Source: Actinomycetota bacterium
GTDB lineage: Bacteria; Actinomycetota; Acidimicrobiia; Acidimicrobiales; JAMCQF01
Direction: 5' to 3'
DNA: 46,436 nt
NCBI GenBank assembly: GCA_023379605.1
Contig: JAMCQF010000106.1
Span: 1 to 46,436 of the forward strand
The notes under the pieces were generated by a model. That model had not been told where the DNA came from. It ran no database searches and was given only the letters and a program-made list of their open reading frames with translations. The translations under genes and the position numbers were made by a program. The first letter of the stretch is position 1. Each line of letters begins with the position of its first letter. This document shows, piece by piece, positions 37,470-44,733 of this stretch.

Positions 37470-38781
37470 ATGGATACCAGCCAACCGAGCAAGCTGCACG
37501 CCATACTGCGCCCACCATGGGTCAACAGAACGCTCACGCTGGTGTGGTCTGCGCGGGTGTCTATGAGCGCAGGTCGGGCGCTGGCTGGGGTCATCGCTCC
37601 TTTGTACTTAGCTGAGCTTGGCTTCAGCGGGTTGCGGCTGGGGGAGATGTTCGTAGCGATAGCGCTCCTGTCGGCTTTGATGTCAGCGAGCGTGGGCATT
37701 CTCTCCGACCGGGTTGGACGAAAACCGTTCCTTATCATCTTCCCGATCCTTACCTCTGCTGCGGCAGTTGTCTTTGCCACCATGCACTCGATCCCGGTGC
37801 TCTTTGTGGCGGCGGCCGCGGGGAGCTTCGGGCGTGGCTCAGGAGCTGGAGCAGGCGCTGTAGGGCCTTACCAGCCTGCCGAATCGGCTCTGGTGACCGA
37901 GGTGACGCCGTCCTACTGGCGCAACGCGGCGTTCGGCCGACTCCAGTTCGGCTCCTCTCTTGGAGCCCTGGCTGGATCGCTGCTCGCCATCCTGGCTCAC
38001 AGCTCCCATGGAGCAAGCGCGCAGTCTGCGTTGGCTGCTTTCAGACTGGCCTTTCTAGCGACGGCCCTGGTGTCTTTGATCGCAGGGGTGCTTGCGGTGT
38101 GGATCTCTGAGCCGGTGCGCTCCTCTCGGCCATCACGGGCCAAGGGACGTCCCAGGTTGCCGGTCAAGTCACGCAGCCTGCTGCTTAGGCTGTGGGCTAC
38201 CAACTCTGTGAATGGCTTGGCGGTGGGGATGATCGGTCCGTTCCTCACGTACTGGTTCTACAGGCGCTTTGGGGCAGGTCCCGAGGAGATCGGCTTATTG
38301 TACGCTGCGGTCAATGCCGTAAGCATGAGCTCGACGCTCTCTGCTGCCGGGCTTGCCAGAAGGTGGGGACTGGTCAAAACCGTAGCCGTGGTAAGGGCGC
38401 TCACGGCCGGTTCTCATAGTTCCCATGGTGCTGGCTCCTACGTTCATCCTTGCCGGGGTCGCCTACATGCTTAGAATGGTGGTCCAGCGTGCGGGAATGC
38501 CGCTTAGGCAGTCCTATGTGGTGGCGATGGCAGATCCGCAGGAGAGGTCCTCGGTGGCAGCGCTTTCGAACGTGCCCAGCCAGGTCGCCATGGGGCTAAG
38601 CCCGCTTGCTGCCGGCTACTTGATAGACGAGGTCAGCTTGAGCCTGCCCTTCGAGATAGCTGGGGTCTTCCAGCTTCTAAACGGCGCCATGTACTGGTAT
38701 TTCTTCCGCAACATGCCCCCGGTGGAGGAGACTGAGGTAGTCGTAGCCCTCGGTGCTGACGAGCAGAGTGGCGCTGCCTGA
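37470..38781 (+). pseudogene. MFS transporter with one frameshift near 38410 (or a sequencing error)
   Basis: GILSDRVGRK motif A; removing one G from ggccGgttctc fuses ORF 37470-38474 to ORF 38425-38781 (ALTAVLIVPMVLAP...), giving a full-length MFS protein. Confidence 0.8.
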
Positions 38782-38861
38782 GCGCAACAGCCATGCCGGA
38801 TCGCAAGGCTGCAGTGATGCTGTCTGGGCCAGAGCAGATCGAGCCATGGCCGCCGAGTTGA

Positions 38862-38922
38862 GCAGCCGGGTCGGGTCTCCTTGATGAGCGGTCATGGCAG
38901 CCGGGTCGGGTCTCTTTGATGA
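38862..38922. repeat. 26-bp direct repeat x2 (1 mismatch), period 35 bp
   Basis: gcagccgggtcgggtctc(c/t)ttgatga at 38862-38887 and 38897-38922, abutting the DosR-type box. Confidence 0.85.
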
Positions 38923-38941
38923 AAGGGACTTTCAGCCCTGG
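38922..38941. promoter_or_regulatory. DosR/DevR-type site upstream of the por operon
   Basis: AAAGGGACTTTCAGCCCTGG with a perfect GGGACT half-site. Confidence 0.65.
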
Positions 38942-39025
38942 AAAATGCCCGCTTGGAGGCAGAAGATAACGCGTGGGCTCAAATCTGTCCTCGATGAGGT
39001 GAGCGAGCTCGAAGAGAGGTGAGTG

Positions 39026-39467
39026 GTGTTCCAGGTGCGCATTCATGGTCGCGGTGGCCAGGGAGTGGTTACCGCGGCAGAGCTGCTCTCAGTCGCAGCT
39101 TTCGAGCAGGGGCTCTATGCCCAGGCTTTCCCTGCTTCGGCTCGGAGCGCATGGGCGCTCCGGTGGCGGCATTCTGCCTGCCAGCGAGATCGCGACAAGG
39201 CTCCTTGGGCGAGCTATGCCCAACTCCGCGTTGCTCGGGGCCCTGTCTGGGCTAACCGGCATTATCTCCATCGATGCGCTCGGTTAGGCGCTGCGCAAGC
39301 GCTTTACTCTTGAGGTCGCGCAGGCGAACCTGCATGCAGCCAGGGATGGGTATGCTCAGGCGGTCGCTCGCCGCACTGAGCGCTCGGCTATGCAACCGGT
39401 GGTCGCATCCCTGGCTGGCGCAGGACCGGAATCTTTAGGAGCTGATGGGGAGCATAGCCATGCTTGA
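39026..39467 (+). pseudogene. porC: Pyruvate/2-oxoacid:ferredoxin oxidoreductase gamma subunit, disrupted
   Basis: [20 protein letters not shown]...QAFP; -1 frameshift at about 39133 ([11 protein letters not shown] continues in another frame); central part missing between AFC and LPASEIA; in-frame TAG at 39285-39287; tail ANLHAARDGY ends overlapping porA. Confidence 0.85.
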
Positions 39468-40713
39468 TCAGATCGAAGGCTCGCGAGCCGTCGCGGGCGC
39501 GGTGGCAGCTTGCAGGCCGGAGGTGATTTGCGCCTACCCGATCTCACCTCAGACCCACATCGTGGAGGACCTAAGCGTAGCGGTGAAGACCGGTGCTCTC
39601 GCGCCTTGCGAGTTCATCAACGTAGAGTCGGAGTTTGCCGCTATGTCGGTATCAATTGGAGCATCGGCAGCTGGGGCCCGCGCGTACACAGCAACAGCCA
39701 GCCAGGGCCTTTTGTACATGATCGAGGCGGTGTACAATGCTGCTGGTCTCGGGCTTCCCATCGTTATGACCTTGGCAAATCGCGCGATAGGGGCACCGAT
39801 CAATATCTGGAACGATCATAGCGATGCCATGGCCGTTCGGGACTCGGGATGGATTCAGCTCCATGCTGCGACCAATCAGGACGCGGTCGACTTGCACATC
39901 CAGGCCTTTAGGTTGGCAGAGGAGGTGTCGCTCCCGGTCATGGTGTGCATGGACGGCTATATCCTGACCCATGCAGTCGAGCGCATAGATCTTCCTTCTC
40001 AAGGGGAGGTAGATGCGTTCTTGCCTCCGTTCGTACCCAGGCAGATCCTTGATCCGTCAGAACCGGTCTCCATAGGAGCGATGGTTGGCCCGGACGCCTT
40101 CGCGGAAGTTCGGTACCTCGCCCATGCCAAGCAGCTCTTGGCGCTGGAGCGTATCCCCATTGTCGCCTCGGAGTTCAAAGAAGCATTCGGTCGTGGGTCT
40201 GGGGGCTTGGTGGACCCATACAAGCTAGATGGTGCGGAAACCTGCGTGGTTGCCATGGGCTCTGTCATAGGCACCATCAAAGACGCCATAGATGAGCTCT
40301 CTGATCGAGGTATTCCAATCGGCCTGCTCGGCATCACGGCGTTCCGTCCTTTTTCGATAGAGGCTGTGTCTGCCGCTTTGGAGGGAGTTGAGCGTGTCGT
40401 GGTCGTGGAGAAGGCCTTTGCGGTGGGGATAGGAGGGATCCTCTCGGCTGACGTAGCCACGGCACTGGGCCACAGGCCCATTCGTCGCTATGGGGTTGTG
40501 GCAGGGCTCGGAGGCCGGCCGATACCGAAAGCATCGCTTATCGGCCTTTTCGAGCAGGCCGTAGCAGATGAGCTTGAACCGCTCAGCTTTCTCGATCTGG
40601 AGAGGTCGGTGGTGGAGAGAGAGCTGGAGAGGATGAGGCTCGATCCAAGATCAGGTCCTGCTGCCGAGAATATGCTTGCAGACATAGGCATTGTTAGAGC
40701 AGGGCCGTTTTGA
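39460..40713 (+). CDS. porA: Pyruvate:ferredoxin oxidoreductase alpha subunit
   Basis: AYPISPQT, ESEFAAMS, TATASQG, NRAIGAPINIWNDHSD, DGYILTH, GLGGR. Confidence 0.93.
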   Translation: MLDQIEGSRAVAGAVAACRPEVICAYPISPQTHIVEDLSVAVKTGALAPCEFINVESEFAAMSVSIGASAAGARAYTATASQGLLYMIEAVYNAAGLGLPIVMTLANRAIGAPINIWNDHSDAMAVRDSGWIQLHAATNQDAVDLHIQAFRLAEEVSLPVMVCMDGYILTHAVERIDLPSQGEVDAFLPPFVPRQILDPSEPVSIGAMVGPDAFAEVRYLAHAKQLLALERIPIVASEFKEAFGRGSGGLVDPYKLDGAETCVVAMGSVIGTIKDAIDELSDRGIPIGLLGITAFRPFSIEAVSAALEGVERVVVVEKAFAVGIGGILSADVATALGHRPIRRYGVVAGLGGRPIPKASLIGLFEQAVADELEPLSFLDLERSVVERELERMRLDPRSGPAAENMLADIGIVRAGPF

Positions 40714-40855
40714 ACTTGGTGGTGCTTGCAGCGCTGACAGGGAAAGAACGCTTAAGTCGTTGTGGCTTGGAACCTTGCATTGGAGCTGGTGCTGCTTGCA
40801 GGGCTGGCGTTGCAGGAACCACTTGGAGGCAAAGATGGCCGGGAAGGAGAGATAG

Positions 40856-41869
40856 ATGACATATCGACCGGTCAAGTTCTACCAGACCGGGAGCTTCGCT
40901 GTAGGCAACCGGCTATTGGGCAGGGAGGGTGAGAAAGTTCAGGCAACCATAGAGCGGGCCAACTCTCTTACTCTCGGCCATAGAGCTTGCCAGGGCTGCG
41001 GTGAGGCGCTCGGTGCCCGCTACGTTCTCGATGCCGCCATGCGAGCAGCCCAAGGCAAGGTGATCGCCACCAACGCAACCGGGTGCCTGGAGGTATTCAC
41101 CACACCCTATCCTGAGACATCCTGGCAGATCCCGTGGCTCCATTCGGTCTTCGGTAACGCTGCTTCGGTTGCAACAGGTGTTGCGGCAGCGCTCAAGGCA
41201 AAAGGAAGAACCGACGTGCGTGTTGTCGCTCAGGCCGGTGACGGGGGTGCCGTCGACATCGGGCTTGCTTGCCTGTCGGGCATGTTGGAGCGCAACGACG
41301 ACGTGTTATTCGTCTGCTATGACAACGAGGCCTATATGAACACTGGCGTCCAGCGCTCCGCAGCAACCCCCCCCTGCGGCTCGCACGGCCACACCGAAGC
41401 GGTTGGAGCCGAGCCAGGCAACCCATTTGGCCAGGGCAAGAACCTCCCACTTATAGCTATGGCCCATGAGATTCCCTATGTGGCAACTGCTACGGTGGCC
41501 GACCTGGGTGATCTTGAGTACAAGGTCGAGCGGGCGATGTCGTTTCATGGGGCGCGCTACTTGCATGTCTTGGTGCCCTGCCCGCTCGGTTGGGGCTCCA
41601 AGCCGGGCGACACCATCGCTGTCGCTCGCCTGGCAAAGGAGTGCGGCCTGTTCCCAGTCATCGAGGCAACCCAAGGAGAGCTCACAGCAGTATCGCCAAT
41701 TCGTAAGCAGGTGCCGGTGCAGGAGTACCTAAGGCGGCAGAGCCGCTACGCACATATCTTCGAGCCCACTGTTCGCCGTGACATCATAGATCGCCTGCAG
41801 GCAATCGCGGATCGAAACATCCGTCGTTTCGGGCTGCTGGCCGACAATGAAGTGTCTACAGCGCTATAG
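40856..41869 (+). CDS. porB: Pyruvate:ferredoxin oxidoreductase beta subunit (TPP-binding)
   Basis: GHRACQGCG, NATGCLE, GDGG...YDNEAYMNTG.QRS, VPCPLGWG. Confidence 0.92.
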   Translation: MTYRPVKFYQTGSFAVGNRLLGREGEKVQATIERANSLTLGHRACQGCGEALGARYVLDAAMRAAQGKVIATNATGCLEVFTTPYPETSWQIPWLHSVFGNAASVATGVAAALKAKGRTDVRVVAQAGDGGAVDIGLACLSGMLERNDDVLFVCYDNEAYMNTGVQRSAATPPCGSHGHTEAVGAEPGNPFGQGKNLPLIAMAHEIPYVATATVADLGDLEYKVERAMSFHGARYLHVLVPCPLGWGSKPGDTIAVARLAKECGLFPVIEATQGELTAVSPIRKQVPVQEYLRRQSRYAHIFEPTVRRDIIDRLQAIADRNIRRFGLLADNEVSTAL

Positions 41870-42182
41870 CCCAAGCACGCTTAGTGGCTCTATGTCGGTA
41901 CGTGCTCAAGGGAGGCGGAAGCGTCTCGGATCGCGGAAAACGGCCAAGGTAGGGGTTACCCTCTCTGCCAGCTTCATGCATGGCTTGGCGCAGGAGCGAG
42001 TAAGCGCGATCCGATGCCCTCCCCCGGGGACCCAGGTAGAATGCCTGTTGGAAGTAGATCGGGTCTATCTCCTTGTGAAGCTGGGTGAAATGGATACAGC
42101 GGTCCCTTATCGCGCTATAGAGGCCAACAGCCACGTTCACGAGTCCGAAGCTCAGGTATCCTGTCCATATAGGGCGTGCCAT
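41856..42182 (-). pseudogene. ku: Ku (NHEJ) remnant with internal deletion and truncation
   Basis: MARPIWTGYLSFGLVNVAVGLYSA...IHFTQLH is joined directly to EIDPIYF..AFYLGP....AYSLLRQAM; the intervening ring segment and the C-terminal half are missing. Confidence 0.88.
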
Positions 42183-42369
42183 CGTCACCTACTTTCTGTC
42201 AAGCTGTTGGTCTGGTCAACTGGATCTTGGGTGTAGTCCCACAAGCCGGTGACGAAGAGATGCTTGGCTGCATCTCATACCTTATTCCATCTACCTAGGA
42301 TCTCGACACGCGCCGAGCTGGAAGTGAGTGGGTAGACCCGTCAATAATCACTAAAGGGCCATATCGCCC

Positions 42370-43026
42370 CTAGCGGCTGTCTCCGAAGATGCGCAGAAAG
42401 AAAAGAAAGATATTTAGCGCACCGAGAAAAATTGAGGCGGCCAGCAAGGGGGCAGAATCAAGGTTCTGCGAACGCCGTAGCCGTTGGAAGTCGAACATGG
42501 TCAACCCCGCGAAGATGACCAAACCTACCACCGAAAAGAGCAGGGAGCCGCCTGGTATGTGGATGAAGATCATCACTATGGCGAAGATGATCAGAGCGAA
42601 AAGCGCAAAGAAGCTTACACGGCCCACCATTGACAAGTCGCGCCGGGTGGCATATCCGATGCTTCCGAAGCCGGCAAGGAACAGTGCCGTAGCTCCTCCT
42701 GCCTGCCAAAGTGCCTGAGGGTTGGTGGCAGCATAGTAGGAGAGCATCGGGGCTACAGCCAGGCCCATAAGGACACCGAACCCAAACAGTAAAACAGTGG
42801 GAGCCGTCTCGGAGTGGCGCACAGCAAATCGCATCGCTATAAGGCATGCAAATGCAGCGATGAACCAAAGCAGTCCTAGCTGGTAGGCCAAGTTACGGCC
42901 CAGATAGGAGCCCAAGGCAAACAGTGCTGCGGTGGCAGCTACCAAGCCCATGGTCTGGCCGAAAAGGGTTCTGGTACGGTCTCTTACCAGTGAACCACCG
43001 CTGTCGAATGAGTATAGATTGGTCAC
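42370..43026 (-). CDS. Bax inhibitor-1/YccA family membrane protein
   Basis: About 7 TM segments; GYATRRDLS, IFAGLTMFDFQRLRR, LLAASIFL..LNIFLFFLRIFG. Confidence 0.9.
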   Translation of the reverse strand: MTNLYSFDSGGSLVRDRTRTLFGQTMGLVAATAALFALGSYLGRNLAYQLGLLWFIAAFACLIAMRFAVRHSETAPTVLLFGFGVLMGLAVAPMLSYYAATNPQALWQAGGATALFLAGFGSIGYATRRDLSMVGRVSFFALFALIIFAIVMIFIHIPGGSLLFSVVGLVIFAGLTMFDFQRLRRSQNLDSAPLLAASIFLGALNIFLFFLRIFGDSR

Positions 43027-43061
43027 TGCTTGCCCCTTACTCCTCCAGCTTGTAAGTATGC

Positions 43062-43787
43062 TCAGGCCTGAGATTCCCCGGGCAAGCCAACTTGACCGGG
43101 TGGCTCTTCGAGGCTCTCTACAAGGTGGCGGGCTGCTGCGAGCAGCTCGCCCTCGCTTAGGGCTTTGGCATCCACGCGCTGATCTATGAGGATGCGCAGT
43201 GGCAGCTCCTGCAGCTCCTTTGTGATCCTCTCCCAAACCAGCTTGGCAGCGTCGGAGTGCCCATCTCCGTGGCCAAAGATGACCACGGTATCAGCACGTT
43301 TTAGGCCGTCGGCGATGGCGCGGTAGTAGGCGGGCTCCTCGGGTGCACGCTGACCCTTGTAATGGCCCTCCATGTGATGTAGATGGCGCAGGTGTCCCTC
43401 AGGATCGTAAGGGACTATAGTCCCTATATGCTCCGCGGCCGGCTCGAACTCATAGATCGTAGCGGAGTGGTGGTTAACGACCAACAGCAGGTGCAGGCCA
43501 ATGCTGGATCTTCTCGGTTCAACACTTAAGTCCCCGAGAAAGCGCCGCAGCTTGACGACCATATCCGTGGGGATATCACCGTGATGAGGGGGGCTGAACA
43601 CCTCGGTGCGGTCGTTTATGGTCACCCGGTAGCGGTCCTTGCTCTCGACGGCGACCTCCCCCATGGCCTCGAGCAGAGCCAGCACCTGTGGCCATTTGAT
43701 GTTCGCAGGGAGTGGGTGGCCCAGGAGCTTGTGCAAAGTGCGGCGTTGCTCGCTGTCGAGGTGGTGCTGATGGGCCTGCTCTGTCAT
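43062..43787 (-). CDS. Fusion of a HicA-like N-terminal domain and a baeRF/eRF1-domain-2-like C-terminal domain
   Basis: RRTLHKLLGHPLPANIKWPQVLALLEAMG...RYRVTIN....FSPPH....VVKLRRFL (HicA-like); LLVVNHHSATIY...HLHH....YYRAIADGL..ADTVVIFGHG (baeRF-like). Confidence 0.65.
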   Translation of the reverse strand: MTEQAHQHHLDSEQRRTLHKLLGHPLPANIKWPQVLALLEAMGEVAVESKDRYRVTINDRTEVFSPPHHGDIPTDMVVKLRRFLGDLSVEPRRSSIGLHLLLVVNHHSATIYEFEPAAEHIGTIVPYDPEGHLRHLHHMEGHYKGQRAPEEPAYYRAIADGLKRADTVVIFGHGDGHSDAAKLVWERITKELQELPLRILIDQRVDAKALSEGELLAAARHLVESLEEPPGQVGLPGESQA

Positions 43788-43878
43788 GGGTGGCTGCTCG
43801 CTGTTGCCATATGAGTTTCAGGCTAGCCGATACGATCCAGAAGAGGTGCCCGGCTTTGCACTGCGGCTCGGCTCTCGA

Positions 43879-44139
43879 TCAGCCTCTGTCGTATGCTTCT
43901 AGCAAGCTTGCGATTATCCTTCGCACCTCTGCCAAGGGCTCGGTGTCCGCAGAGCGTCTGGCCGTGTAGAGCCCAGCGAGGAACGTCGTGAGAGGTGCAA
44001 GGCTGCGTTGGGAGGTCCCATGGGCCACCTCGCCGGCCAAGGCAAGAACCTCGTCCATCTCTTGCGGGCTTATGTCTCGTACTTCGAGGGCATTTACGAC
44101 CTGCTTTGTCCAGGCGATTGCCGGGTCTGTCTGCTCCAC
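43879..44139 (-). CDS. DUF6457-like small protein (domain usually linked to molybdenum cofactor guanylyltransferase MobA)
   Basis: W...V..AL....DEVLALAGEVAHG..RSLAPLTTFLAG; AGGAGG RBS before GTG 44139. Confidence 0.75.
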   Translation of the reverse strand: MEQTDPAIAWTKQVVNALEVRDISPQEMDEVLALAGEVAHGTSQRSLAPLTTFLAGLYTARRSADTEPLAEVRRIIASLLEAYDRG

Positions 44140-44622
44140 CAGTGGTGGCCTCCTGTGCTCGGGGTAGGGCTCTATATGCAACCAGCCCACCGTAGCGCTT
44201 GGGTAAGCCAACCGTGCCGGATAAGGTGGTCAGGCTCTGCTCGGCCTTGAGATCTGTGACATGTTGCAGAGCATCGGAGGCAGCTTGTCTAAGCGGCGAT
44301 CCACTGCGGGCTCGCTGCGTGGCTGGCCCACGCTGGACTATCGGGGATCTTGCCATCGACCTCTTACGGCTGGCGAGGGTTCTTCCAAGAGCCTTCTCAG
44401 CTAGGCTCCTGGAGGAGTTACCACCTTCCTCATCCACAGCGCGCACCCCACCAGGCAACTACACCCTGGTAGGCCCTCACTAGAGCCGAAAGTCACTTTT
44501 CGATGCCCAAATGCAGAAAGCTCAGAGCTTAGGACAGGCGTATTTGAGCGGTTGGCTTGAAGTGTACTCGCCCTCTACGGGCTGGTAGCAGATGCCATGT
44601 GCATCTGGCTCATATATGAGCG

Positions 44623-44642
44623 ATTGGGACCTTCGGCCCTGG
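44623..44642. promoter_or_regulatory. DosR/DevR-type site upstream of the Fe-S flavoprotein-ppsA unit
   Basis: ATTGGGACCTTCGGCCCTGG, core GGGAC-CTTC-GGCCC. Confidence 0.75.
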
Positions 44643-44733
44643 TTGAGGCGGCCCGAAGAGGCGAGGATATCAAAGCTGGGCGCGGCGAGCTAGCACATGG
44701 AGGGCTGGTAAATCTGGCAAGGAGGTGTCGGCT

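Noticed and set aside
42356-42369. GGGCCATATCGCCC as an additional DosR-type box
   Set aside because: One half-site lacks the conserved C and it lies at the YccA stop
43823-44458. 211-aa minus-strand ORF
   Set aside because: No recognisable motifs and overlaps the better supported DUF6457 frame
44483-44496. GAGCCGAAAGTCAC as an additional DosR-type box
   Set aside because: Both half-sites are degenerate and no -10 hexamer is in register on either strand; at most a secondary site
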